This document shows positions 1 through 14,094 of a DNA stretch of 64,000 nt, in pieces. The stretch is from NCBI RefSeq assembly GCF_008831285.2, contig NC_045138.2, positions 24,614,001 through 24,678,000 on the forward strand. The letters are read 5' to 3'. Under the pieces are notes generated by a model. It saw nothing but the letters and a program-made list of their open reading frames with translations, was not told where the DNA came from and did no database searches. The position numbers and the translations under genes are program-made. Positions within the stretch are counted from its first letter, which is position 1, and each line of letters opens with the position of its first letter. This DNA is from Nymphaea colorata. Taxonomy: Eukaryota.

Positions 1-2445
1 AATTTCTTTTTTTTTTTTTTTTTAAAAGGTAAAATCAAACCGCCCTCAACTCAAATACCTTTTAGAGGGAGTTTGATAAGAAAAAGACTATGATTTTACT
101 ACGTATGTTTCTAAAAAGTATATTCTGATAATACTATTTTACTTTTCTAGACATTGGTATCCATTATTACACCATGTTTCCTTAAATAAGAATACGGCAG
201 TTTTTAGAATATGTATTTTACAAACATGTATTCCAAAGTTGATGCTGCCATCTTTTTTCCCCGTTTTGGTCCAGCAGCAGTCTGGATCAACCTTCATGTA
301 TTAGCATTATCTCAATGGGTACAAGAACTGGTTAAGAGTATCAAGAAGGTTCTGAATCCTGCCGCCTGCATCTTGAGTCTTGAACTTTCTCATAGTGCTG
401 TTCTTACTTGACATGGTGCATGCTAATTTACTACCCATGGGGCAAACTTCTCTTGGGTTCATTATAGGACAGCAATCACTAGGTTGAAAATATTGTATAA
501 TTAAAATCTGGAAAAAAAATTAGGAAAACAGAATCTATATATTAATGAACTCTGACTCGGCAAGCAAATCTGAAATCAAGTCTGTGATTGGAGAAGGATC
601 TTACCCAATTACAGTTTAATGATGAATCTTATACCTGGGAAATCTGGACTTCATTTTAGAAATTCAGGTCCGGAGTCTGATTCCAATTACGGAGTCCTGA
701 TTAAGTCAGATGTTATGTTAAACAACGAATCTGAATTTCTTCATCATTTATAAAAGAAGAACTCAGGAACATTTGGTGTGCAAAGGCTTGGAAGTTGGAT
801 GCCTTTAAAAAAAATGCACTAGTATTGGTTGAATGCAAATTTGAACCATTTTTGTCGAGACTCAGGAACACAAGAAGCCTAGACTTTAGAAAGGACCCCT
901 ATCAGTTAGCAAATTGGATGTGAGTGAATCCGGTTGGTGATTAAATTGAATGCTTTTTTATTGAAACAAAATTTCACCTTTGTAAAAGTTTGTTTTTACA
1001 TTCTCTAATCTTTTGCCAAAAGAAAGCGTGAAAAATGTTTTTTATCCCCCCACAGTCAGAAGAATCCAGGCCATACTTAATGTTTTAAATGTTTTAGTTA
1101 CTCTGCAGAGGATTGTGGATATATAAAATGAATATATGTACGAGTCCTGCAACTTCCGATGTTTACTTCTTGACCGGGAAGATGATGCCGCCGCGTTATG
1201 AAGAAAAATGAAGCATACAACATCGAAAAATGGTAGATGTTCTTTAATGAGATGCAGCCCATGGCGATGCACTTTCAGTTCGATGGAGATGAACTCCTCT
1301 GTAGGTAAACAGCTTGAAGCAAAGGTGAACAAAAAGGTACTAGACAAGAATTGAAGATTACAGCACATTAAAATAGTGAGATGTACTGTATGTACTGCGA
1401 AGATCTAACTAATGCGATGTCGCGTGTGATTTATGAATGTACACACCTGGAAAATAAAACACTCAGCAAAAAGTGGGGGATAAAGATTGCACCAAGGAAA
1501 TGCAGGTGCTAGTGGTGTGGAGTAGGAGAATTTTCATGAGTTCAATCACCCTTGCTTCACTATTGCAATGGTGCAGCATGTGATCTGCTACATTAACAAT
1601 GGTTCGACCATTTTTTTCTTATCATTTGAGTATTCTATTCTCATTCTGAACATTTTCCTGCAAACTTCTTTCAATGTCTTCCCCCATCTCAGCGAAACAA
1701 AAAGGGCTACCTGCAGCCACTAAACAGAACTTTGTTGTAGTTGAGATTCCTCAACAAGCGCTGCGGAGGATTAAGTGTTTGCTGACTATATAACCATTTA
1801 TTGTTCTTTTATGTACCCAAGTACTGGGTTCTGCCGTAATACCGACTCCCTAACATTTGTCTCCTTAATTTTTGAGTTCTTCAAATCTGTCCTTTTCTTT
1901 TTTGAACAATTGGGCATCGTTGATATATGTATATATCCACCCCTGTCCACAATGCCAAAAGTAAAATGTTTCTTGGTTGCTAAATGTTCACATTTTATTA
2001 TATCTTAATAGGTAAATTATGAATAGTTTACATTCTAAAGTGCCAAATTCTAATAGAACAAGCAGCTCAAATTCAATTTTATTACAAAAGAACTAGGAAT
2101 TGGTGTATTGCTCGTCTCTGTTACTTATATAAACTAGATTTTATTGCCTGGTAAAATTCTACCTGTACATCCAAAATGGATATTATTGAAGTTGGTTCTC
2201 AGTTTTTCTTTAATGGACATCGTGGATGTGCGCTTAATTTTATGGAAAAAATATATACTCATCATGATACTGTTTGCTCTCATTTAGTTTCCAAATCATC
2301 TATATCGTTAATTTAAATAAAAAGTGATTCTCAAATTAGCCGTAAAACTATCCTTCTTATGAAACTTAAGATTTTTTATTAATGAATAATAACTGTCCAT
2401 ACCTAAGGAAAGTTTTTCCCAACTTAGGAAAAAAGAGAAAGAAGT

Positions 2446-2867
2446 TGTAACACCAAATTTCAAGTATCTAAAATTGTGAGGGATCTTCAAGGGCTTATAA
2501 AAGGAGGCAATTAATAAGATGATTGTCCTGGTTTCTACCCTTTTTAAAGCCGGAACCGAAACGGCGGGTTGAGATCCACCAAACTAGGGGCCCGAGCCCG
2601 GGACTGGGTCGGGTTGTTATAATGGTATAGAGCAGTTTCAACACTTGGACCTATGTTCCCAGGCACGCGGACGAGTGTGTCTTAAGGAGAATGGATTGTA
2701 ACTCCCCTGAAGTTTAATCTTGTATAAAAAATTGTGAGGGATCTTTAATGCCTTATAAAGGGAGACCATTAATGAGATGATTGTCCTGGTTCCTAAAAGC
2801 GGCTAGGGAGTGGGTTGAGATCCACCAAACCAGGGGCCCGAGCCTGGGACTGAGTCAGGTTGTTATA
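2446..2867 (+). mobile_element. TRIM (terminal-repeat retrotransposon in miniature)
   Basis: Terminal repeats 2446-2621 and 2697-2867 (TGTAAC...GTTATA); degenerate PBS TGGTATAGAGC at 2623; purine-rich PPT AAGGAGAATGGA; TSD GAAGT on both sides; absent from the paralogous site near 42040. Confidence 0.88.
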
Positions 2868-5800
2868 GAAGTGGATCGATTTGAAAAAAAAATGAAAAGA
2901 AAAAAGAAAAACAAAGAAAATGACTAATTAAAAACTGTATTACCTAACATGCTCTTCAATTTCGTCTACTAACTATAAAATCAAACAACCTGACTTACTT
3001 GTTAAATATAAGTACCAGTCCCTCTACTGCACAGACCATTTTAAGTACTAACGATGCTGGATATGATTGGTAGCTTGGAGTAGCAAACTAATCCTTTTCG
3101 TGTAACAAGATTTGCATTGAAATAATTGGATGGGAGCAAGTCACATAAATACCAAAAAAGTCTTGTCTAGAGCGTCACATCAAGCTCATCAGCGAAAACT
3201 CCATGGAGTTTGATATGAAATTATACTGAGACCGATTTTTACAACATTGGCAGTAAACAAGAGAAATAGGGCAGTCATTGCATGGGGTTGCCCCGGTATG
3301 CTTGGCCATAGGATCCCGTATCTCACGAAAACAACGAAGGCTTCATTGCTCCATCCAAATCGAATTGAATAAGGGCGCAGTACAAATATTAATTGGGATG
3401 TGTCCTTTCTTCGGCTGCCGCTATTAGCTGGGTCTCTGAATCCGGCCGCCCGACCTGCAGCTAGAATTGTCCATGGCTCTGTTCTACGAAAATATTCAAC
3501 CTACGTACAATTCTGCCCTAATTTGGCCAGCATGCTGTCCAAATGAACATTGTGTACCGAATCTGGCTAGTATCGATGGTCCTCAGACTCTTAAAATTTA
3601 TTTATTTTTAAATGATTTAAACATTTTTGTTTATATACATGTAAGTGCTCCACCAAATATGATTATTTTTAAACAAATTCTGGCTCTGCCACTACTTACT
3701 CATAGGTATCGTGTTTGATGAAAAGAAAGACGGTTGCAACTTTCCTGACAGGAACTAGAACTACCCGCTTAGGTGGATCTTAGCCAAATTTTTGAAGGGA
3801 GTATTGTCAAGCAGAGAGAGAGAGAGAGAGAGACTCTGCTAGGGTTTCTTACCCTCTTCGGTTTTCCACTGCGTGTGGTGCTATTGTGCATGGCCGCGGC
3901 GCCTGCATCTGCCACCGAAGAGTGTGGCAGGGGCCAGATAGGGTCGGCCGGCGATGGAGGAGGTGCCGGTCCCCTTCCTCCCGTGAGCATACCAAAGGAG
4001 TAATGGACATTGATGGAGGCATCTTGTCAGTCTCAACCAGTAATTGAGGGAGACACGTACGCACCTTTACACACACCGGGGGAGAAGTCAAGGGGCGAGC
4101 CCCAGCCCCTCCTAATTTTTTTTTTTTTAATTTACAGGTACATCTAAAAAAATTACTTATTTTACATAAAAATTTTTATGAATTAAATTTTGACCCCTAT
4201 CCAAATTATAAAATTATGGTGATAAAGGCAATACTTTAGACAAACAAGTGGTTGGGTGGCCTCCCTTCCAGGCGATTGGGCCTTCCCTGCTCAACTAACT
4301 GGTAGATAACACTTTACGAGGGGAGAGAATTAAGGTCATTAGTAGAAAAATCATTAACATATATATGGGGTTTTTTAGTTTTATTTTCCAAACATGAGTT
4401 GGTAGTAAAATGCTGCCATTTGTTCTTACCCTGAATAAGGGTCATAAAAACATAATCCCCTTATTCAAGGTACAAGAAAATTCACTCTTCCCAAGTGAAT
4501 AAGAGTGAGCATCAGACCAAGTAGCCGACAAGCTTTCAAGTGTGCAGCTTAGGCAAAGCCAAAGCTGTATATTTTAATTTTATATATTTTAATTTTATTT
4601 TCTTAAAATCCGGTCTAACCGGGTTAGGACTACCAGCTGGCCGATCCGATGCCCAGCCCTACAAATGAAAATCAATATGTGACTTCAGACTTTCTTACAT
4701 TCTTGTTCTTTGCCCCATTCCGTTTTTGAGCTAACAGCTGCCGGTTCATAGTTACTTGATCGTAGAATTTATGGGCCTAGAAGTGAGGTTCTCCTTGCGA
4801 GGAGACCATATTTTGTTAAGGAGGACAGTAACAAACTGTTCCATATATCAAAATCATAAAACACATTGTTACAATGTTTCATAGATGAATACAAAAAGAT
4901 ACATTATATAGAATATATAGTTTGTTACCATTCCAAAACCTTGCATAAACGTGGACTATACGTTGGAATTAGGCGTTCTTCTGACCTGGAACCGACCCTT
5001 TGCATTTCACAACTGAAAAAGAAACGGATTAGGATTAGATATGTGCATTAAATCACCAACATTATATTTAGGGCTACCTGTTTTAAGGGTCGTTGAAGAA
5101 ATTTTTATATACCACACGATTGGAGCGGCAAATCAAATACAGGGACTAGTATAATCATTAGATCAGCTCCAAGTTTTCAACTTTGGCTGCTAATTATATT
5201 GATTGGCTATGTTGTGACACTATATATCTCACATTTTGTTAGTGAAAGTGATGCCCTAATTCACGATTTTGTAGAAATGTTGTTTCATTTACTATTTCAA
5301 ATTGTCTTTTTTTTTGGGGGGTGTCCCATCAATATATATCATGAGCACGTGGTGTGAGGGTGGACAAAAACTTGGAAGGAAACAAACGTACTGGGTACAT
5401 GGTACACCCGTAATGGTTAATTTAAGTAACATAACACTGTACTCGTCTTAAAAGAGCAAACATTCCGTGAGCACAATTAGCCACTGTAGGCATATATCTA
5501 CCACTAGCATGCATGTCAAGAGTACTTTAGAAAAGTCCAAAGACCTTACAACAAGTATATGTCACTTCATGTAAAAAAAGTTCTCATATGGTTAATTTAC
5601 GGACTGGCTATTGAGCTACTTTTCCCACTCACGCGTGAAAAGTACCCCTACTTTTCCCGGTGAGAAATGGTCAATAAGTTTTACTACCAACAAAAGAATT
5701 ATCAGAATTCTCTTAAGAATTGACCGCAAGAAGAATAAGGTTAAGCACAGACCGCAAGAGCAACGCCCAAGAAAACATGAACTTGGACTTTTACGGCCGG

Positions 5801-8800
5801 AGGCTCACCAAGTTTTCCCGTCTTCCGGTAGCGTATTACTTCTTTCTTTCTGTATAAACCACCAATTAGGATACGGACCCGATCGGTGCAAGTTCTTGAA
5901 ATTTTGGGTTTTCCTCCTATATCAAGTCTGATTTCCTAGTGCGATGTTTGTAGCATCTGAATCCGAAATTGTTTACTTCCTGACCGTCATCAATCGTCAA
6001 CCATCCCCATGAACGCCTCGCATCATCTGCTGGTCGTGAACAAAAATATAGCGAGGCCATATATAGTTAGGGTAACGAATGTGGCTCCCAGAGAAAGGGA
6101 GGCCAGGCTGCGTGTGGCATAGAACCGAGATTGCTGCGAAGCTTACAAGGTCTTCCACAGTGGACTACGGGAGGTGGCGGTTTGTTGTTTCTGCGATGGT
6201 TCTTCACTCGAAAACAATCAAACGGATGAAAAGGTGTGTGGCGGCCTCAAGAACAGCATTTTTGTTTTACAATACTCATTGACGCAAGAAAGTGCAAACA
6301 AACACGTTTGCTTCGACAGTTGATTGACACAAGATCAGAGATTCCGAAGGCCTAACTCGTAGAAATTTCTTCCTTTTCACTTATCACTTTCAGTAAGGGG
6401 AAGCTAATAATCACACTCTATGAGAAAAGTTTACTACAGTAGTTGCACAATCTCACTCTATTCAGTACCTTTCAGATTTAATAACCTTGATCCAGTTATC
6501 ATCCCATCATGTGCGGGAATGAACTATACTCACCAATTTTCTTTCAATTCCTTAATTTTGGAAGTCGTACTAAATCTAACTTCCTATTACACCTTCAAAA
6601 CATGTAGATATTTGAGTAGTAGTTACATGTGCGCTTTAGGTATGTACCTATCTAATTAAATTGTTAGTTGGTCGTATTAGTGGCCCAATAAAATAAAAGT
6701 TCGGTTGTGAGTTCGATTTTTGTGTAACACTGTAATAAGTCAGGTGGAAGGCCCTTTTATTGATAGAATGTAATTGATAAATAAGGAAAAAGAGAGAGAA
6801 ACTTCGGCCATTTGAAATATCCCTCCCTCTTCATGTCAATCTACTTAAATCCAAGACCCAATGTGACTGTCGCTTTCCAATGGCTAATAGACGCGCGTGA
6901 ACATATTGTCAACCGAAAGAGATTTCCTTTTGAGGAACCGCACCCCATCCACAGACTAATTCATCGATTCAATTTCAATCCGAAAAATTACTTCCGATTT
7001 CTTGAAAATTCGATGAAGTCAAAATTGGCAAAAAGCTGAGTCCGACCGGAATACAAACAATTTACGTTGGTCCTTACAATATTTTAAGACCAGCCGTCCC
7101 ACGTCTTTTTCAACAAGTCTGTGTGGATTGGGCTCTATCAAAGCGAGTGGAATTTGCATACAGTGAATGTAGTCGAGCCCACACCAAACTTTTTGGAGGT
7201 ATTGAAAAGTTATTAATAAAATAGGGAAGGACATCTAAGCACAAAGAGTTGGGAGGGAACAGTGGGTCTCCCATCCCTCACTTGGAAAACATAAATAGAC
7301 CCTTAATTGTTAGATCCATAGTAAATAATCATTTTGACCATTTATCTTTTCAAGATGCATGATTGAAAGAAAAACAAAAAGAAATAGTTGTTAATTAATA
7401 TTAAAGTACTTAAATGCTCTATCTGCCCTTTCTCCTTATTTTTCTCTCAAATATATATATCTTTGAAAAATGTATAGCTAACATGATTCATTACATCTAC
7501 ATACAAATTTATATAATATAACACTCTCAAGAAAAGAGAATTATGGAGGTGAAAAATCTCAGCCAGAAAATGATAAGGTTGAAGCTTGACTAGAAGTCTT
7601 CTACTTGTTATAACTTGTAAAATGGACTACTTGGAATAATCGGCAGCAAAAAAACTTTCCCTTGGAAACAGCAAAGTTCATCACGGAAAAATGTCCATAT
7701 TGGGCATAAGTCTTCCCAAGATACACGTGAACTAATTAACACGGGTCCCCATGTCGTATTTCTCTCAGATAAGGTCGCAGCAGTTCCATGCCGCGTGAAA
7801 GTCTTGCCTATCTCATACGAAAGTAATAGCTGCTATACACGTGCAAGTTTTCTCTACGAGTCTGTCCTCGCGAGATTGAAAAACTCTTTATTTCGTCTAG
7901 TTTCTCCATTCACCACACTAAATGGAATCCTTATTTCGATCTGAAAATGGAAACTAATTAAAATTCATGTCAGCTGAGAGAGTTTTAAACTCTGATGGAG
8001 GTTCAGTCCTTATGTTCAAGATCATCTCTCAAGCGCATGTTCAGAACATTGTTTTTACATAATTTAGCTTGTCTGTTTTGTACTTTGTGAAGTATAACCT
8101 GCGGAATTTGGATTTTCTTTCACATAATTAAGCCTACCATACCTCATAAACCTTCTGAATGCCTCTTCATTTTCATCCAAAAAACTCAGATAGTGGAAAT
8201 AAAAGCGAAAAAAGCAGTGGCCTCGGCCTTCATGTTCACCGTCTAACGTCAGCACCAAAACCTCGCCTCCCCTCAAACCCCCGATTGGAAGTTGAATTTT
8301 GCTCCTCATCAGTTGATTTTCGACCTTGTTTTTTTTTTCCCCTTTTTTTTGAGTTAAAGTAAACAAATGGAAGTTAGAGAATCCCATCTTTATAGGTATG
8401 GACCTCTCCTAATGTCTTTCCATCCTTTTTGTCCCCTAACATTTTTTTACATGTGAAATACACAAGTACATAGAATTGGAATGGATCCAAGTTTTTCCTA
8501 ATATGATCACACTTTTGGGTGTAGTCTGTCAAACCCAAGTTGTTCAGGTATATGCAGCAAAGGGTGTAGTAACTTAGTTGGCTGGATTAAGAGCATGCAA
8601 AAAGACTTCTTTCATTCGATTTTTATGGATGCTATGTATGTGCTAGTGTCACATTAAAGTGGCAAGGTGCAGCATTTGGGTCTCTTTTTCAGATGGTGAG
8701 TTGTTAACCTTCTATCACTCATCTAAAAGCTAATCAGGTATTTGGGTTTGGTTGGGGTCGAAATGAAGCCCGTCAAAATTTTCTGCTGATGATCAAGCAA

Positions 8801-10569
8801 TGGCTGCCACGATGGTCAACACGTGAATGAGAACTGTATCAGTTCCAATCCCATTGCTTTCATGAATCATTAAAACTTTGCATCTTATACTACATCTAAA
8901 CTTGGTTTTATCATTAAAAACCGCACGCTGCTCTAATTTGCAACTATCTATTAAGTTTCTTTTATGTTTGCAATCGTCATGTCCCCTCTTTTGATAAGGA
9001 CCGTGTCGAGTCACTTGGACTGTCATGACCTTTCCCGAAATTTGCTTTAGCTGAATTGTCAATACAAATATCCGCCCATAAATTATATATATATATATAT
9101 ATGAGTTGTCCAGCTTACTTACAAGAGTAGTTCAATCTTTCGTTATAGATGATTGAGCGAAAAAGAAAAAGTGATAATTTCATGTGGTCCTCATTAGTAA
9201 GCCACGTGATTTTAAATAGCCATACATGAAATAATAATATTACATGGTTTGCCAAGTTACGTATTTGCCAGCTGGGGCATCACTGTCTATCCACATATAA
9301 AGATGACTCTTTCGTCCCTTCCAATTAAAAATTTACATATATGTGCCCCTTGATTTCAACTTTTGCTTACTGACCTAGGACCTGCCCCCTTTTGACTGGC
9401 GCATAAAAAGTATCTCGATCCACAATTTTTTTGGTGACGTTTTACTACCCAACAAAACAAAAGTTGACCGCAGGACCAAGGCTAAGAATAGACCGCAAGA
9501 GCAATCACGAAGAAAACGTGAATTTGGCCTTTGACGGCCGAAGGCTCACCAAAGTTTTCCGGTCTTCCGTAGTGTGTAGCATTTCCTTCCTGGCTCCTGC
9601 TGCATAAACCACCAATTGGGGATACGTACCCGATCGGTTCAAGTTCTTGAAATTTTGGGTTTTCCTCGTATATCAAGTCTGATTTCCTAATGCGACATTT
9701 GCAGCCGCATCTGAATCCGAATTGTTTACTTCCTGATCATCATCAATCGTCAACCATCCCCATGAACGTCTCTCACATATGTATCGAATTAACGGAGTTC
9801 CCATCAGCTGTCAGGCGGTTTCTTGTTTCTGGCTTCTGCAATGAAGTCAAACGGATAAGAAGAAGGCGCGCGGCGGCCGTAAGAACTGCATCTTTTGTTT
9901 ATAATGTGATTGACGCAAGAAAAGCACTAAACACATTTGCTTCGACTATCCCCAAGAACCGAGGTTCCAAAGGCCTAAATCAATGCAGTTTCTTCCTTTT
10001 CACTTTTAGCTTTCAGAAAGGGGAAGCTAGTAATCCCACTCTATGGGAGGAGTTGACTACAGTAGTTGTATAATCTCACTTTATTTAAAACACCTTGATC
10101 CGATTATCATGCCATCATGTGCGGGAATGATCTATACTTACCAATTTTCTTCCAATTCCATAATTTTTGAAGTCATACTGAACCTACTTTCCTATTACAC
10201 CATTAAAACATGTAGTTATTTGAAAAGTAGTCACATGTGCGCTTGAAGGATGTACCTATCTAATTAAATCCAAGAACTGATACAATTGTTAGCATAGTTG
10301 GACGTATTGGCAAATTAATGAAAGTCTGGTTGTTAGTTCCATTCCATTCTTGTAGGCGCTATTCATATAGACTGAAAAACAGTGTATGTTCAACACTATA
10401 GTTAATGAATATCCTGCTTTCTATCTAGGTCAAGTAGCCATGGACCCAAAAGCAGGGGAAAAGGGGAGAAGCTTTGGCTACTTGGAGATATCCCTTCCTT
10501 CCTCCCTCTCCTAATTTACATAAATCCACGACCCAATATAAGTTATCATATAGTCAACACCATGGCAGC

Positions 10570-10800
10570 TAGGCCGGTTCATGAGCAAGTTCGAACTGAG
10601 TTGAGTTAGCTCGAACTCGGCTCAAGTGTCTTGAAAGAACCAGTCACGTGCATAACGATTTGAGCAATTTCTTTACTAGATGTGTTTTATATATTTTATT
10701 TTTCGAACTTAACAGAGTTTAATCGAGCGGAGCCCACTTAACTCAAGCAAATGAGTGGAATTTGAGTCGAGCTCGAGTTAGCTCAACTCGTTTCACAGCA
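10570..10800. mobile_element. hAT-like MITE with GAGCTCGA/ACTCG-rich subterminal repeats
   Basis: 8-bp TSD ATGGCAGC/TTGGCAGC; empty site tcaacagcATGGCAGCacg at about 44749. Confidence 0.7.
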
Positions 10801-12673
10801 TTGGCAGCAAGTAAAACAGATAAAACCAGCTGCTGCCTTCACAAGAGTTTTAATCAAAAGAGAAAGGAAAAGAGTTTTCTTCTGTTTATAACTTGAGGAA
10901 ACCGCACTCCATCCAGAATTCCTGAAATTAATAAAACCAATTTTAAAGTCCTCAAGCTGAAATTAATAAAAAAAATATTTTTAAAACCAGCCGTCTCTTG
11001 TCTTGTTCAACCTGGCAGTGTGGACTGGGCACTACCAAAGTTACTGGGATTATTGCCAAGGTTTACAGTAGAAGGAAGTCCAGCCCACACGAAAGTGTCT
11101 GTAGTTACTAAAAATATACTAATATTCTTCTTTCTGCCAGGTGGTAGCCATCAATTTTCTGAAGATGTATAATAGCCAAGGTGATTCTTTATAGGTCTAC
11201 TATCTACACATTTCTATTATATAACACTCTTAGAAAAGAGAATTATTGATGGTGAGAAAGCTCAGCCAGAAAATGATAGTATTGAAGCTTGATGAGGAAT
11301 CTTCTACTTGTTATTCAATTTGAAATTGTAACATGGCCTACTTTGAATAATCGGTAGCACAAAACTTTCGCTTGGAAACAACAAAGTTCATCACGGAAAA
11401 ATTTGCATATTATGTACAAGAATTCCCAAGATACACTTGAACTAATTCACATGGAACCCCACCCTCCAATGCCGCGTGAAATTCTTGCCTACTTCCTACG
11501 AAAGTAATAGCTGAGAGAGTGCAAACGCTGGTGGAGGCTCAAGAACATCGCTCGAGTGCATGATGACAACATTGTTTTACGTAATCAAGCCTGTCTCTTT
11601 TGTTATTTATGAAGCATACTCTGCAGTGGAATTTGGATTTTATAAAGCCAACAATACATAATAAGCCTTCTCAATGCCTCTTCATTTTCATCCGAAAACT
11701 AAAATATTGGAAAATAATAGGGAAAAGCAGTGTTGACCGGCTAACGTCAGCACAGAAAACCTCTCCTCCCCTCAAACCCTCGTCTTGAAGTTTAATTTTG
11801 CTCCTCATCAGCTGGTTTTCGACCTTGTTATCGAGGTTAGGGAATCCCATCTAAAGAAACTGACTAGTGACCATCGAATCGAGGAAAAAAACGCTCACAA
11901 ATTTGCCATGTAAGTACCTGTGAACATCAGGAAACTGCGCAGGCAACATTCCTTGTTCACTGATGCATGCGAGGAAGAAAGCGTGTTGGTGGACAAGCTG
12001 TGTCTGTAAAACTTTTATTTAGGTTTTATCCCTTCTTTCACTGAACTTTTTCTCGCATCTGTGGAGAGTGGAATTTTTGTTGTAATCCCTATGCAGTATG
12101 TACCATTAACAATAGACAGAAATTTACACCAGAAAGAATCATCTGTAAAATGGGTTCGAATCGAAGGCGGATCCTTCCACTGAAGGTTATTCGATGGTTG
12201 GTCATGGGGGGCGCGAAGAATGACATTGTGAATTGGTTCCATGGCAGGATGTCATAGAACAGCTGCCTGAGGGAACACTGAAATTCATCCTTGAAATTGA
12301 GGTCTAGGTCAGATTGTTTCCGTAAGTGTTAGTGAATTTATGAATGTATAATAATCTCGTTGCGCATACTTTGTCAACTGATGCGAATGACCTTAAATCT
12401 TATGCTTAGTGCCACAGTTAAAACTGAAAACATGATGATGCGAAACGCGACTTGAATTAGGTCTGAACAGTGTACTTGATCGTTATCAATTCACATGAGG
12501 GGATCATGCTATATTAGCAAATCCAAACAATTTAATGCTGGGATGTACTTCCTTGGCCTAACAGAGAAGTATAATTGAAATTGTAGTAGGAAACAAGCTG
12601 TGAAAATTTTAAAAAGTTGCATTTCAGGCTAAAGAACTGTTTTTATTGGCCATCAGCATAGTTGCCAACGAAC

Positions 12674-13958
12674 TCAATTAAACAAGCACGAGTATGGTTG
12701 CTGGTGGTGGTGCTGAAAATAAAAGGCGTCTATCAGTTGCGTTGAAAAGCTTCCGCCTGTTTTCTCCGGCATACAAATACAATTATCCGCCATATAGGTC
12801 GGCAGCTCCATGAAAGAATCATCAGTACTGAGATTGAAATCTGAGCTGTACGTTAGTTGCTGTTGTTGGTAACCAGCGTTCATTTCCGGAAACGCCGTCC
12901 ATTGATTCACGTTGGACTCTGAGCGTTGGTCGCCGCCGGTGGAAAGTGATGCAAAGGTCTCCTCATCCGAAGGAAAACTGGCGACTTCATTATGCTGTTT
13001 CGACTTTTGCATTCCCTTCTGCAGGCTGGTCCGCTTCTTATAAATTCGGCAAAGAACCCAATCATCCAGCTACAGCGACGGCAAACGTATTCACCAGTCA
13101 GTGATAATTATAGCCTCCTAATTAAGCTTGATTAGAGATGAAATATACAAGTTTTTTTCCAATAATTTGGTTCGATTCTAAGTATGGTTTTATTAAATCT
13201 GACAAAGTAAACATATATGTATACTTTATTATAAGTTGAAATTGTCATTTCTCAATTTATTATATGGGGAAATCACACTTCAATCTAGCCAGCCTGAGAG
13301 TGATAAAACTATTCAGCTATGGGGAAACCCATTAGGAAAGCACATACAATGCCAGGTTATAACCTGAATCTCGAGTGAAAGAAGTCCAAAAGGGTGGTTA
13401 CTTACGCGGGGGGTTGCTTTTTTTTGTGGGAGGCAGCCATTGTCAACTAGAAGGAGCTGGTACTCGTGCATGATCCAATTGGTCCTGCTTCCATTTGGAG
13501 GCTTTCCTGCATAGAAAACTAGCGCCTTCTTGGTGCCCACTTTGCGCCCGTCTACCATGATGGTCTTGTCGGTGCCGGTAGCCTTCCAGAAGCCGGAGCC
13601 CGCCCTCCTGTTGGGCCTCGACCCATTGGGAAACTTCCTGTCCCTACGGCTGAAAAAATACCACTCGTTGTCGCCGAAAAAAGCCTTGCCTGCAACACCC
13701 AAATCAGCCCATTTATAAAAAAATCAGAACCAGTGGTTTTAGGAAGGATGGAAGAGGCAGTAGAGAAGAAGAGAGGGACGCACCGGGCAGGTCCCATGGT
13801 TCGTGTCTGTAGAGGTGGACGTCTGCAATGACATTGGAGGAGAAGGTGAGACTGGAAGTCTTGGGGAGGAGGTATTGGACCAGCAGCTCCTCATCTGTGG
13901 GGTGAAACCTGAACCCTGGTGGCAGGTATATCTCATCCCCTCTTCCTTCCATCTTCAT
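12674..13958 (-). CDS. NAC-domain transcription factor (ATAF/NAP-like stress subgroup), intact 3-exon gene, about 284 aa
   Basis: Exons 13958-13784, 13689-13406, 13069-12674 with GT..AG introns; spliced length 855 nt is in frame. NAC subdomain motifs [77 protein letters not shown]. Alternative start at 13952 (MEGRG). Confidence 0.92.
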
Positions 13959-14087
13959 ACAACGCAAAGAGATAGAGTTAGAGAGAATAAGGTAGATGGA
14001 GAAAGATGGTATCGAAGCTGTTGCTTGAGAGACTGAGAGAGAGGGGGGTTGTGGCTTGTCCTCGGAGGGAGCTCGATCGATTCTACC

Positions 14088-14094
14088 TTTTATA
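14088..14094 (-). promoter_or_regulatory. Putative TATA box of the intact NAC gene
   Basis: TATAAAA 130 bp upstream of the ATG, before a CT-rich leader. Positionally conserved at 60750-60744 and 23929-23923. Confidence 0.6.

Noticed and set aside
1036..1660. Block absent from the paralog, with exon-like composition and a possible GT donor near 1304
   Set aside because: All frames contain stops and I could not recognise a protein family or TE termini; needs BLASTx.
5611..5931. Short ORFs that recur nearly identically (e.g. MSYFSHSRVK at 5611/43771, MLFMKHTLQW at 11600/52499, 8064/45852)
   Set aside because: Explained by recent segmental duplication; mostly TTG/GTG starts, frame not kept in further copies, no recognisable domain.
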